DNA of 64,000 bases from Alphaproteobacteria bacterium (GCA_965243135.1 OZ251539.1:5440001-5504000); one strand, 5' to 3'. Numbered from the stretch's first letter, positions 1-11,113 are shown. Notes: a model not told the origin generated them from the sequence alone. Translations and numbers: made by a program.

Positions 1-82
1 GGATACAGCCATGACGACACGATCATGAATTATCTCGCGAAGGCCCTGCTGGGCACCGGCGACAAACGTTTTGCGCTTGTGT

Positions 83-145
83 CCAGACGCAAGGATACGG
101 TGCCCGGACGCAAGGATACGGCAGCCGGATGCAAGGATACGGCGC
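83..145 (+). repeat. 3 x 21-bp imperfect in-frame tandem repeat (CCRGAYGCAAGGATACGGYRS)
   Basis: Units at 83, 104 and 125; encodes RRKDTVP/GRKDTAA/GCKDTAR just after the SIR2 domain. Confidence 0.85.
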
Positions 146-2341
146 GCTGGCGTCGCCTCGGAATCGAACCGGTGGCCTACCCGCCGGGTCCGCCGGACGA
201 TGGCTATCGCGGGCTCTACGAGGGCATGCAGGGGCTGGCGCACCATGTCCAGCGTGGCCTTCTGGACTGGCGGCGAGAGATATCTGAGCTTGCCCAAAAG
301 GGACCGCACGATCTCGGCGCCGAGGACACGGATATCCTCGACGATGCGCTGTCCGACCGGGCGAAGGCCGGATTTTTCGTACAGGCCGCAAAATCTCCCG
401 ACTGGATCGAGTGGCTCGACAGCCGAAACCATCTGGCTTTTCTCTTCGGCGACAGCGATTGGGGAGAACGCGAGGGCATCATCGCCCGCTGGCTTGCAAA
501 CCGTTTCGTTCACGAACACCCGGACCGCGTCCTCGCTCTTGTCGCCCGTCGACGGATGCATCCGAATTTCTGGTTCGAATTGGGAAGGACCATAGGACAT
601 GAGGCAAGAACTCTCGATCCCGAGGCGCTCGCCCGCTGGGTAACGCTGCTTCTCGCCAAAGCTCCGGAGAAATCCGAGAGGCGTGTCTGGGTACGGCTGG
701 GAGAGCGTTGCGCGGAAACCGGATTGACCGACTGCCTCATCGAAATTTTCGCCGCCATAGCGGCTCCACAGCTCGCGGTTCTGAGTACCCGGTTCGATGG
801 CGACAACGGGAAGATGTTGTCCTTGGTCGAAGCTGGGTCTTCGGTCGATCACTACGTGATCAGCAAATTTTGGAAAAAGTCGCTGAAACCCAATATTGAG
901 CAAGCGCCGGAAAGTTTGCTCGCCGTCGCCGTCGAACACCTGATGTCGCAACACCGGCTGCTGGTCGCCTGGCGGCATGCAGACAGGTCTTGGAGCACGG
1001 CGTCGATGAACCGTCATGCGATCGAACCCCACGAAGACGACGAATATCCCGAGAACGTCGACGTCGTAATCGATGCCGCGCGCGATTGCCTGGAGTGGCT
1101 TGAAGACAAGCGGCCGGCGGCGGCGCTGCGATGGCGCGAGCGGCTCGTCGGATCGGAAGCGCCCGTCCTGCGGAGGCTGGCCGTGCATGCCCTGTCGGAA
1201 TGCACGGTTTCCGACCCGAACGAAAAGATCGATTGGCTCCTGGCTCATCTGGATCTTCAAGACGAGGCGACCGGGCGCGAGATTTCGCGATTGGTGAAGC
1301 TGGCATATCCCGAAGCCGACCGAGATCGAAGGCGGGCGGTCATTGAGGCAGTGCGCGATTTCCGTTTTCCGGGAGACCCCGAGGAAGCGGAACGACGCGC
1401 CGCCGACTATCGTCATTGGTGGTTTCGCTTTCTTGTCGAAGCGGCGGCGGACTGCGATCTGGCTAGCGAAGCGCTGGGGCAGTTGCTGAAACAGTATCCG
1501 GAACTCTCCGGCCGGCGAGAAACTGGAAGCGGTTCGAAACCCGACCCGACCGCCGCGAAATTGCTGGCGAGCCCGGCCGCCGAATCGATCGACGAACTGT
1601 CCTCCATCTACCCGGCGGCGGGAGCGAGCCAGGGTCGGGTCGCCGAAAGCGTCGAGCAGGCGGTCAGGCAGAATACGGACTGGGGCCTCGATCTGGCGGA
1701 TGCGTTGGCGAGAAGCGAAAACTGGAACCCCGCTCTGTGGGAAGCTCTCCTGGACGCTTGGAGGGATGCGAAACCCGACGACGGAAAATGCCGGAAGATT
1801 CTCGCGCATCTACGACAGCCGGAATTGCGGCAGGGGCACGCGGTCGCGATCGCCCGGTTTTTGCGGGATTTGGCAAGGGACGACCGCATATCGGATACGT
1901 CGCTGAACGTGGCGAAGGGGATCGTCGGCGCTCTATGGCGAGACTTCGACAGGGGCAATCCGGCCGTCAGAATTCACAGGGATTGGCTGACGGACGCCAT
2001 CAATCGCACTCCCGGATTGATTGCCGAATTCTGGCTGCAGGCGCTATCCCGCTGGAGGAAACGCCAGGATTCCGTACCGGCCGCTCTTGGTGGCGTTTAC
2101 GAAAAGGCGTTGTCGGAGATCGTGGAAGATCGGTCGGATGCCGGGACGTTTGGAAAAGCGGTGCTGGCGAGCCAGCTGGCTTTTCTTTTGACGGTCGACG
2201 AAGACTGGACAAAAGAACGGTTGCTTCCGCTGTTTATCGCTGATCTGCGTCCAAAAGACAGGGACGCGGTTTGGGACGGCTTTCTCGCCCGGTTGCGTTT
2301 CACGCCCCGGCTGGCGGAACTGACCGAAGAAGCATTTCTGG

Positions 2342-3990
2342 CAGAAATTCCCGCTAAGGTGGCCGCCCTTTGCGAAAGGCGCGTCGAGATAGCGTCGTTA
2401 CCGAGGGACCAGCCGCCGCGACGCACCTTCCCCGCTTCGGCTTGGTGCCGACTTAGCCTTGACCATCCTGTTTCCCCTGAAAAACTTGCTTTAGCACATT
2501 CGGTCACGGTGCCAGGTCAGGAGGTGTCGTAGGGAATTCCCTCTGCTTTCCGGTATCCAAACGCGATCATTCGGTAGAGTGTTTCCCAGTCCTTCAAGAA
2601 GTATTCGAGAAACAATCCCCGCGCCTTTTCCCAGAAGTAAATGGGCCGCTTGGCCTTCGTTTGCGCCTGTTGGAACAGTTTGCAACATCGCTGTTGAATC
2701 TGGTCAATCAGGAACGCCAGCATCATCAGGAACGCAAAGACCGTCGACAGATTCTTGTTACCGTGACCGAAGTTGTGCTCAAAGCAGTAGCCTTGGTTCT
2801 TCAGGGTGTTGAAAGTTTCGTTCTCGATCTTCCAGCGCGCCCGCCCGGTGCGCATCAACTCCATCAGGTTCCCTTCGTCAATTGGCAGATCCGTGACCCA
2901 GGAGAAACGTTGTTTCTTGCCGTTTGGGAGCTTCTCCCAGTATTCGAGAAAGTTCACTTTGAGGTCGAAGTGCGTATCGTTCAGAGGCACTCCGTTAAGA
3001 TACCGGAATTCGTGCCGTATGTTGTCACCGTCCGTGAACTCCCGGCGCTCCACGGACGGCGCGTTGTTGACCCACTCGAACAGGAACTTGTGGTCGCCGG
3101 GCTTCGCCCCCAGTATGAAACGCATGTCTAACTCCTTGAGAAGATTGGCATGCGGTCCGTTCGAGGCCAGCCCATCTTCCAACACAACCAGCTTCAGGTG
3201 CGGGTGTTCGCGACGCACATCTTTCAGAAGCCGTTTCGCTGCGTTGCGTTCGCAATCGTTCTTTTTTGCGCCGTCTTCCTTCAGGATCGGTTCCGGTGCA
3301 AACGGAAAAACCTCCTTTTGTTCCGGATGCACCAGAACGGCTCCCAACATCTGGTGGTAGTAGGTAATCGTACCGTCGCGGTGGTGTTTCTCGCAGCAAT
3401 TTTTACAGTGCACCTTGTCCGACGAGAAGTATCCCGTTCCATCGATCGAAAGAGCGTAATGCCCGTTCAGACAAGTGTATTCTTCCAATCCCTTGCCTCG
3501 TTGCAAAACCTGGAACATCTTCGTGAAACAACGCCGCAATTGCCGCGGACAGACTTCGTCAAGCCGTTCGCGCATCGCAGTGTCCGACGGCACGCGCTTG
3601 ACGCCGTATAAGGTCGCGAGGTTGTGCCGAACCACTTCGTCGGCGTGCGCGGCCTCGTCGAATTGCAGAAGCGACGCATACTTCATACCGAACACCGCTA
3701 GACCCGACATCAGACAGTCCGTCTGGTTCAGCCCCCTGCTCGCGATCGGATCTTCGATACGGTCGAAACAAGCTCGCACTTCCTTCAGCAATCCCGGAGC
3801 GCTGAGCGTCTTGCGCATGCCTGGCATTCTGGCCATTTTGGTTACAATCCCGCCTCGCCTTCGGACCACTTTCCAGAGAAAAATGCTCCGCTCGAAGGCA
3901 AATAGCCCCGAATCACCTCGAAAAGTCCACGAAAGACTTTTTTCCGGCCCCATATTTTTCAAGGGTTTCGAGCCTTAGCGGGAATTGCTG
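2342..3990 (-). mobile_element. Insertion sequence (DDE; ISNCY/ISDol1-like) with ~18-bp terminal IRs and 9-bp TSD
   Basis: IRs CAGAAATTCCCGCTAAGG / CAGCAATTCCCGCTAAGG; TSD CATTTCTGG at 2333-2341 and 3991-3999. Confidence 0.93.
2517..3836 (-). CDS. DDE transposase
   Basis: SIDGTGYFSS, LEDGL and GRARWKIENETFNTLKNQGY motifs. Start MARMPG inferred by alignment with the paralog at 13164. Confidence 0.9.
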   Translation of the reverse strand: MARMPGMRKTLSAPGLLKEVRACFDRIEDPIASRGLNQTDCLMSGLAVFGMKYASLLQFDEAAHADEVVRHNLATLYGVKRVPSDTAMRERLDEVCPRQLRRCFTKMFQVLQRGKGLEEYTCLNGHYALSIDGTGYFSSDKVHCKNCCEKHHRDGTITYYHQMLGAVLVHPEQKEVFPFAPEPILKEDGAKKNDCERNAAKRLLKDVRREHPHLKLVVLEDGLASNGPHANLLKELDMRFILGAKPGDHKFLFEWVNNAPSVERREFTDGDNIRHEFRYLNGVPLNDTHFDLKVNFLEYWEKLPNGKKQRFSWVTDLPIDEGNLMELMRTGRARWKIENETFNTLKNQGYCFEHNFGHGNKNLSTVFAFLMMLAFLIDQIQQRCCKLFQQAQTKAKRPIYFWEKARGLFLEYFLKDWETLYRMIAFGYRKAEGIPYDTS

Positions 3991-4589
3991 CATTTCTGGG
4001 AGCAGTTGAACGCGTCGAGAGCGGGTTTTCCGCCTGGCAAAGTAATTTCATCCGAGGCTACGTCATTCAGTTGGCGTATTTCTCGGACGACCCGTCGAAA
4101 AATTGGATTCCCAAGTTTTTCGACCACGCCGACGAGGGCGCACGAAGCGATTTCGCTACGCGCGTCGGCCTTGAGCTCCGCAACATGAACGAGGCCCGGC
4201 AGGAAGAATGGTGGGACCGGTGGTTGGGCGAATACTGGAGAGGCCGCCTGGACGGCAAGCCGAAGGGACTGGACGACGGCGAAATCAGTTGCATGCTCGA
4301 ATGGTTGCCTGGTCTGGCTTCCGTGTTTCCGAAGGCGGTCAATCTGGCGATCGAGATGCCGCCTGTCGAACTGAAACAAAGCGAGATCGTCTACGAAATC
4401 GATCAATCCGATTTGTGGAAGCGTTACCCGGATGCGGTGGCCAAGTTATTGTTGCATTTGCGGCAGTCTGGCTCCCCTGGTTACATTTGGTACAGGGGCA
4501 AGGAACTTGTCGCCAAACTCCTCGCAATGAACATCCCGTCCCATCTCGCAGACAAGCTTCGGGAGCTTGACGCCGAAGCGGGCTGGTAA

Positions 4590-5000
4590 CGTGATGAAAT
4601 TCGAAACGCGGCGCTTCAAGCATGGCAAGACCAAACGGAAACGCTTCCTTCCAGGCGTGGCCTCCTCGATTATTTTGCACCTGAAACTGCCGATTATCGT
4701 GACTGCTCACATCCGCTCCCCGACAAACTTCTCTCAAGAGATCCATGGCGTTCGCTTCCCGCAGCAGCCAGTCGAGATCGTCCTCGCCCCAGCACTCCGT
4801 GGCGGCCAGGAAAAGCGCAGCGGCAGCCGTCCGCTGTTCCATCCGCAGGCGGGGGAGATTGCGGAGGCGTTCGATTTCCGTCTGGTCGAGCATCGGAATT
4901 TCGCCGCGTTCGTTGTTGTCGAAGATCCATCGGGAGATCATGACCTGCATCTCTTCCGAAAGCTGCGGCGTGCCGATGTCGAGGATAGTGCACGTCTGGT
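4590..5000 (-). pseudogene. Possible fragment of a hypothetical protein
   Basis: Minus frame (ISRWIFDNNERGEIPMLDQTEIERLRNLP...) looks protein-like, but the ORF runs into the convergent DUF4020 3' end and has no clear start. Confidence 0.25.
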
Positions 5001-5020
5001 CTGTCTACAGCCGGAGAGCC

Positions 5021-6883
5021 TCATTTCAGAACCCCGCCCGCCTCGGCCCGCCGCCGCCGCAAGAGATCAAGGGTCCGGGACCGGTTGGCTAACGTTATTT
5101 CTCGGGCGCGCTCGGCCTTTCCAGGCGCGAATACCTCGAGTGCTGCGTCGTAGGCGACGACGGCTTGTTCCAGTCGTTCTATTCCCCCTTCGCGTTCGCC
5201 CAAGACCCGGAGGGCCGTTCCGAGGTTGTTCTGCGTCTCGGCCCATTGGAACGGCGTACGCTTGCATGTAAAAATCTCCAGCACCTCCTTGCAGATGTCG
5301 ACAGCCTGCTCCAGGCGTTCCGTCCCGCTTTCGCGTTCGCCCAAGATCCGGAGCGCTTTGCCAAGGTTGTCCCGCGTCACGGCCCATTGGAGCGGTTCGC
5401 GCTCGCGGGTACGCACCTCAAGTGCTTCGCTGTATGCGGCAACGGCCCGCTCCAAGTGAATCGTTCCGCCCATGCGTTCACCCAGGGTCTGTAGGGCGAT
5501 GCCAAGGTTGTTCTGCGTCACGGCCCATTGGAGCGGTTCGCGCTCGCGGGTAAACACTTCAAGCGCCTCGTTGTATATGGCGATGGCTCGGTCCAGCCGT
5601 TCCGTTCCGCTGTCGCGTTCACCCAGGCTTGCAAAGGCGATGGCGAGGTTGTTCCGCGTTACGGCCCAGTCAAACGGCACGCGTTCGCGCGTACGCTCCT
5701 CGAGCGCCGCGTTGTATGCGGCAACGGCCTGCTCCAAACGTTCCGTTCCGCTCTCCCGTTCTCCCAAGGTGTGAAGGGCCGTTCCGAGGTTGTTCTGCGT
5801 CATGGCCCATTCGAGCGGCACACGTTCGCGCGTGCGCTCCTCGAGCGCCGCGTTGTATGCAGCAACGGCCTGTTCCAGACGCTCCGTCCCACTCTCTCGT
5901 TTGCCCAATTCCTGAAGGGTTGTTCCGAGGTTGTTTTGTGTCATGGCCCATTCGAGCGGCACACGTTTGCGCGTGCGCTCCTTGAGCGCCGCGCTATATG
6001 CGGCGATGGCCTGCTCCAGATGCTCCGTCCCGCTCTTTCGTTTGCCCAAGGCCGAGAGGACGGCACCGAGGTTGTTCTGCGTCACGGCCCACGGCCCGCG
6101 TTCGCGGATGAACTCCATGAGCGCCTCCTTATAGGCTGCGACAGCTTGTTGTAGACGCTCCGACCCGCTCTCCCGTTCTCCCAAGGTATGAAGGGCGATG
6201 CCGTACGCGAAGTTCAGTCTTGCGCGGTGGCCGGGCTCGGAGATTGTTTCTTTCTGAAGCAAAACTGCGAGCTTCCCGGCGGCATCGGTCAACCCAATCT
6301 CCAGCATCCGACCTTGTATCTCGGTGTTGGTCAACGGCGCCACTGCCGTCCACGCAGTCGCGACAAGCTGAGCTTCGAGGTCTTTGTGAAAGTCATCTCC
6401 CAGCGTGGCATTGATCAAGATGTAGGGCTGGTCCGCCCGGTCCAGGGTGCCGTCGCCTTCTCGAGGCACGAACCAAAGATTCAACGCCTTGCCGGATTCC
6501 CATTCCTTGACGACGCCGGCAACCGCCAGATCCGCACGCCATTCATTCAGAATTCTGCGGGCGCTTTGACGCATGTTTGGCCGCCACTCGTCCGCGGCGC
6601 CCCTTGACGCCACGACGCGCGAAGAGCGCACCAACCCGATACCCTCGACGCCAGTGAACGCCTGTTCCACCGCCCTGGCGGCGTTTCCATCGGCATCGTT
6701 TTCCAGCCAGCACAACACGAGACGGAACCCTTCTCCGGATTTTGGAGGGCGGCGGGGTAACGTTTTGAGGGCCAGCCACGCCCTTTGCGGCGAGGGCAGT
6801 ATCCGGTTGAAGGATCCTTTCAACCAGAGCGTTGTCAGCGTTATCAGTATGCTCACTACTAACGAGAGAACCAGTTCCGTCAT
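5021..6883 (-). CDS. Membrane-anchored tetratricopeptide-repeat protein (8 x ~45-aa repeats)
   Basis: N-terminal hydrophobic helix LVLSLVVSILITLTTLWL; repeated WAxTQNNLGxALxxLGERESGTERLEQAVAAY. Confidence 0.9.
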   Translation of the reverse strand: MTELVLSLVVSILITLTTLWLKGSFNRILPSPQRAWLALKTLPRRPPKSGEGFRLVLCWLENDADGNAARAVEQAFTGVEGIGLVRSSRVVASRGAADEWRPNMRQSARRILNEWRADLAVAGVVKEWESGKALNLWFVPREGDGTLDRADQPYILINATLGDDFHKDLEAQLVATAWTAVAPLTNTEIQGRMLEIGLTDAAGKLAVLLQKETISEPGHRARLNFAYGIALHTLGERESGSERLQQAVAAYKEALMEFIRERGPWAVTQNNLGAVLSALGKRKSGTEHLEQAIAAYSAALKERTRKRVPLEWAMTQNNLGTTLQELGKRESGTERLEQAVAAYNAALEERTRERVPLEWAMTQNNLGTALHTLGERESGTERLEQAVAAYNAALEERTRERVPFDWAVTRNNLAIAFASLGERDSGTERLDRAIAIYNEALEVFTREREPLQWAVTQNNLGIALQTLGERMGGTIHLERAVAAYSEALEVRTREREPLQWAVTRDNLGKALRILGERESGTERLEQAVDICKEVLEIFTCKRTPFQWAETQNNLGTALRVLGEREGGIERLEQAVVAYDAALEVFAPGKAERAREITLANRSRTLDLLRRRRAEAGGVLK

Positions 6884-7170
6884 TTCGTTTTTGATCCCAA
6901 ATGAAGCTCTCGATCAGTTTCCGGACGACGGCTACGTTTGCCCTGTTGCACCGCCACACACTGTCTTTCGCATTCGCGCCGCGGCGGTCGGCGAGGGCGG
7001 TGGAGGCGCCGTCGGCGGCTCGGACGAAGTATCGCACGCCGGGGAGCTTTTGCAGACAGCAGCGGCAGCTCGTCGAAGGGTGTTGGGCTTCGCATCCTTC
7101 CGGCGGACCTTGACATGATTGCGCGGCGGCGGTTCGGGCTCGCGATGTCGGTTGCCTGCGCGCCCATTGG
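6884..7170 (-). pseudogene. vsr: Decayed very-short-patch repair endonuclease
   Basis: TDIASPNRRRAIMSR then, after a 1-nt shift, RRKDAKP matches the Vsr N-terminal DxxSxExRSxxMSRxRxKDTKPE motif. A C-terminal SVWRC resembles VVWEC. The interior is deleted. Confidence 0.55.
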
Positions 7171-7181
7171 CGGCTTGGGGG

Positions 7182-7477
7182 TCAGCGATCCGCTGGGCGA
7201 AGAGCTTCGAGAAAACCCGGCGGTATTCTCAGGCCTCCCTCGACAGCGCGTCCGCCACAGTCGTTCAATGCACGGTCGGACAACCTCGACCAAGACGCAT
7301 CCCGGTATGTCGCGATCGACGGCAGGCGGGCGTCGAACGGCTTAGCGATTGCGCCGCCGTCTCCGACGTTCCAGCTGGAATCCGGCCAGCGGGTGCTGTC
7401 GCCGAGTTCGAAGACATCGAACTCCCGAGGCGTTCCGGGTTCTCCGATGCGCCCGACGATCCATTGCGCGGCCTCGC
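7182..7477 (-). pseudogene. C-terminal remnant of a C5 cytosine methyltransferase
   Basis: Start-less frame AAQWIVGRIGEPG...RWPDSSWNVGDG...LSDRAL...GLRIPPGFLEAL resembles Dcm-type C-terminal extensions; lies directly upstream of the vsr remnant. Confidence 0.5.
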
Positions 7478-7607
7478 TCTCGAACTAGACGATATCGATT
7501 TTGGGAAGGGCGTTCCGCTGCCAGTTGGCTCAAATAGAACGTATTCGGCTCTTTCAAGGTGTCCATGTCATCTGTATTTCAAGACGTTGCGAACAGCGTA
7601 AGAGTCT

Positions 7608-8489
7608 CTATCGTGCTTGGCAGAATACGGCAGCTTGAAGCTTACCACCGATTTTATCTTCGGCATAGTCCAAGATGTCAAAAAATTCGCTCCAACGTTC
7701 CTTGACATAATGTGGCAGGTGCCATGTCACTCTGTAGAAGTCTGGTAAGCCGCTTGTCGGATTCGCCTCTTTTCGATAATAGAAACCCCTATTTTTATAT
7801 TCTTGCTCTACCTCTTTTCCTACATAGAACTGGGCATCTTTTTTAAAGTGATTTGCCCCGTGAACTGACAATATAAGGTAGCCTTTTCGCTTTGTTATCC
7901 GTGCCAATTCTGCAAGCCATCTAAACTGCATTTCTTCGGGAAGGTGAGTAAAGACGCTGACACTATAGATGAAGTCAAAGTAGTTGTCAGGATAACGAGT
8001 CGGCGGTTCCGTATCGTTCACGTCCCATGTAGCTAGATCTTTGTAATTGTTCCGACACCAAGAGATAGCTTCGGAGTCAATGTCCGTTCCATATAATCCC
8101 CTCCCATCAACTCCGCGTCGGTAAGATAATGCTCTTAGGGAACGTCCCACTCCACAACCGAAGTCGAGGATTTGTGCAAAGTCGTCGATTGTCTTTCCAA
8201 CGGAGCTAAGGATAGCGTCGATCTCTTCCAAGTAGATATAGCCGCCGGTTAGGAAGTTTCCTTTATACTCTCCGACAACTCTCTCTTGTAGATGGCGTGG
8301 CGGCGGTAAAGCCGTGCCTGATTCGTGCAGTGCCGACTGCAGTTGTTCAACGAGCACATTTAGGGCTTGTTTTCGGAGCCAATACGAACGCACGCATCTA
8401 TAAGGCGGCCTCAATAAGGGAAGCGTCCAAGGATGTCTCTTGCTAAAATTCTTAGCCATCGTGATTAAGCGCCTTCCATTCATTGCCAT
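7608..8489 (-). CDS. Class I SAM-dependent methyltransferase
   Basis: ILDFGCGVGR motif I, YGTDID, FDFIYSVSVFTHL; visibly AT-richer than its flanks. Confidence 0.88.
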   Translation of the reverse strand: MAMNGRRLITMAKNFSKRHPWTLPLLRPPYRCVRSYWLRKQALNVLVEQLQSALHESGTALPPPRHLQERVVGEYKGNFLTGGYIYLEEIDAILSSVGKTIDDFAQILDFGCGVGRSLRALSYRRGVDGRGLYGTDIDSEAISWCRNNYKDLATWDVNDTEPPTRYPDNYFDFIYSVSVFTHLPEEMQFRWLAELARITKRKGYLILSVHGANHFKKDAQFYVGKEVEQEYKNRGFYYRKEANPTSGLPDFYRVTWHLPHYVKERWSEFFDILDYAEDKIGGKLQAAVFCQAR

Positions 8490-8651
8490 TGCATTGACCT
8501 TCTCCCGGTGTGTGCGACGCGTTCATTGAATTTTAGCCGTTCAAGTTCGAAGTGCAACATGCCGGATGTGGTGGCAGACCGACCGTTTGCAGCAAAATGT
8601 TGCGGAAAGGTCGGGCGGTGCGGATAATCTCTGAGGGGTGCAATCTGATAG

Positions 8652-8698
8652 TACGGATTCTCGCCAAGATTAATTGTTTATTTTGGCGAGAATCTGTA
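8652..8698. repeat. 47-bp hairpin / possible MITE-like scar flanked by TA
   Basis: TA-CGGATTCTCGCCAAGAT-(9 nt)-ATTTTGGCGAGAATCTG-TA. Confidence 0.6.
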
Positions 8699-8747
8699 AT
8701 TCCACTCTCCATGGAAGTTGTCTCGTTTGAGAGACAGGCTGGCCATC

Positions 8748-10437
8748 GGGTGCAGATCTATTTTTGCCAAACTCCTTGTTTTTATTTATGGAATCGGGGA
8801 TTTCCGCCGTCAGGCCGCGATGGCGTTCAATGCCTGATTGTCGTTCGCAGCCCCAGTCATTGCCCGCCATGCCGACTCGAAGCGACCCGACCTTATCAAC
8901 GCTCTGAGGGTGAGGACGTTCTGACCGCCTTCGACGCTCCAGCGCATGCCGGCCCGCTTCATGCGCTGGTTGACCAGCACCTTGTTGGCAGCCTCCACGA
9001 CGCCCGACCCAATTGCGTAGCCGCCGGCCCTGAGGCTCGCGTAGCGCATGCGGCGCCTGTGCTTGCGGAAAAACCTGAGCTCGCGCTCAAGAACCTTGAG
9101 CGCCGTTTCCGTCGTCGCCTTGTCGCGGAGATAGCGGATTGCCCGGATGACCTTGTCGACGCCGTCGGCGTCGTCGCGCAGGACGGCGCGGTACTTTTCG
9201 TACCAGTTGCTTGCGACCGCATGGTCCGAGACCTCGTTGAGATGTTCGCATGCATGGAAAAAATCGACCGCCCGCTCGTCGGGCTGGAGCTCGTCGAGAA
9301 ACGTCCAGTTGTCGGGCGCGGCGTCGGCAACGGCGACCACCTTCAGGTCGGGCCGCACCTTGCGGATGTGGGCGACCTCTTCGGCGAGTTGCGCCTTCAG
9401 CGTCGCCTTGCCGGCCTCCGGCATTCGCCCGAAACTAAGCGTTTTCAAGCGATTGCCTTCCGCATCCTGGAAACTGACCGTCCCGCAAGACGCCTCGCGC
9501 CAGCACGCTTCCTCGTCCCCGTCGGGGCGAAGCGAAACCATCACCCCGTCAAGCGAAACGGCGCAGGAAACCGCCTCGCACCGTTTCCGCCTCGCGGATG
9601 CTTTCCATGGCTTCCCGCCCCTTTTCCTTCCAGAGACTGCCCGTCGTCTCCAACAGACGCTTCAGGTGGCTCGACGACGGGTTCATGCCCCCTAACTCCT
9701 CGAAGAGTTTGGCCGTTTCCTGCGGCGTGCAGTGGTCCAAGAGCAGGAGAGCGCGATAAGCGGCCGGGTTCGTGAGATAGCCATCAATCAGCCCCAGGTC
9801 GTTGTCGACCGGCGAGAACGACCCATCTTCCGAGCGATATCGCGTCCGGAAATACCGGACCGGACCGAACAGCGTGTGGACGGTCTTCTGCGTCCGCGCA
9901 GCCCGATAGAAGACTTTGTCGTCCTTGCGAATCGGGCCTCCCCTCTCGTCTCGGTCCTCGATGTATTTGCAAATCACCGTCCGGCACAGCGCAGCGACCT
10001 GCTTACCCAACCCAAGCTCGAAATCGGCGAACGCCTCGGGACCCTCCCCCTCGGACCCCGCCTTGAGGAAGGCCGCGAATTCCCCGAATGCCTTGGCGGT
10101 CGCGGCTCCTTTCTCGACGATGGACGCGAAAGACCGCACCGCCTCGGCGGCGGCCGGGGAGAGCCTGGAAAGAGACAAACCGTTCGAAGACTGCGAGACT
10201 GACATGGGAATGCTCCTGATGTTGTGGGGTCAAGCCAACATTCTGCCGCATTTAGCGGTCAGGAGCATTCCTTTTTTCGTCCTCCGGCCCCCTGATCGTG
10301 TCAAAATCCGCGCCTGGAACAGCATTTTGTCACGAAATCGCCGATTTCGTCCTTGAAGCGTCGCAGCTCGCACTCAAGTAATTGTTGAAAATCAACAGGT
10401 TGCGGATTTTCCGTTTGGCAATATCAGACCTGCACCC
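8748..10437 (-). mobile_element. ISKra4/ISLre2-like insertion sequence, no TSD
   Basis: 25-bp imperfect IRs GGGTGCAGATCTATTTTTGCCAAAC / GGGTGCAGGTCTGATATTGCCAAAC; the two flanks do not match. Confidence 0.85.
8810..10205 (-). pseudogene. ISKra4-like transposase, frameshifted near 9575
   Basis: ORFs 9549-10205 and 8810-9544. Shifting frame restores EAVSCAVSLDGVMV; other motifs are VADAA, VDFFHACEHL, IGSGVVEAANKVLVNQRMKRAGMRWS. Confidence 0.85.
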
Positions 10438-10871
10438 GCTTCCGGTGCGGCGATAGGGCTTGCGCCGGTTTCGTTCAGCGCGAACAGTTTCACGGTCGAG
10501 GGGGACCGCCGTCCGACGCTATCCACGTCCTCGAACGCCGAGCGTACGAGACGGTAACGCCGACGGTCTTCGCGCATTTCCGCGCCGACCCGCCGGTGCG
10601 TTGTCAGCTCGAATTCGACCGTAGCCGCGATCAGCGCTCGCTTGCCTTCGCTCTCATCCCAGTCAATGGGATGCAGACGAAATTCCTCGCCCCTGCCGGG
10701 CAGCGCCGCGTCGCCGTACAGCGCCCATTGAAGACCGTGCAAGATCGTGGTTTTCCCGGACTCGTTTGCGGCCCGAATAACGGTCAGCTTCCTGTCGGGA
10801 TCGCTGGAGAATTCGAGCTTCAGGTCACGAAGCAGCCGGAAGTTCTGAAATTCTGTGCGGAGCAGCTTCAT
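10438..10871 (-). pseudogene. SMC/DndD-like ABC ATPase (PbeC-like), N-terminus only, truncated by IS
   Basis: FQNFR and Walker A IRAANESGKTTILHGLQWALYG; the reading frame enters the IS IR at 10437. Confidence 0.8.
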
Positions 10872-11113
10872 GAATCCGGCTTCTCAATTTCGACGTCATG
10901 GCCTCTCCGCATCGCAAGGAAGCGCCCAGCGGCATTGCATTTGTCGTTTATCTTCTTCTGGATGTTCGTCGCCGATACGCGATGACTTCTCTCATATTCG
11001 AGAATTTCGGAAATCACGTCGATAATCTCTTCCCTGTAGCCTTCGCACCGTTCCTCTATCCCGGCACTTTCCTCCAAGATAATGGAAATTATCTTCTTTT
11101 CGCCCAGCGGCAT
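10868..11113 (-). CDS. Small helical protein between helicase and SMC ATPase (PbeB-like position)
   Basis: 81 aa MPLGEKKII...; AGGAGAGGA RBS; ATGA overlap with the ATPase start. Confidence 0.75.
   Translation of the reverse strand: MPLGEKKIISIILEESAGIEERCEGYREEIIDVISEILEYERSHRVSATNIQKKINDKCNAAGRFLAMRRGHDVEIEKPDS

Larger units (their letters stand above)
1..4589 (+). pseudogene. SIR2-like/DUF4020 defence-associated sirtuin (Dsr1-like), 5' end outside window, interrupted by IS at 2342-3990
   Basis: Frame from base 1 reads GYSHDDTIMNYLAKAL, like the end of a SIR2_2 domain. Removing the IS and one 9-bp TSD joins ...EEAFL|GAVERVESGF...LAYFSDDP in frame with ORF 4071-4589, which has a DUF4020-like WWDRWLGEYWRGR...MLEWLP...FPKAV motif. 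Confidence 0.75.

Noticed and set aside
4567-5271. 234-aa plus-strand ORF after the DUF4020 end
   Set aside because: Overlaps the TPR gene, reads like an antisense frame, and has no recognisable motif.
9540-9600. Programmed frameshift in the ISKra4-like transposase
   Set aside because: No slippery heptamer; looks like a small deletion just before the catalytic DG.
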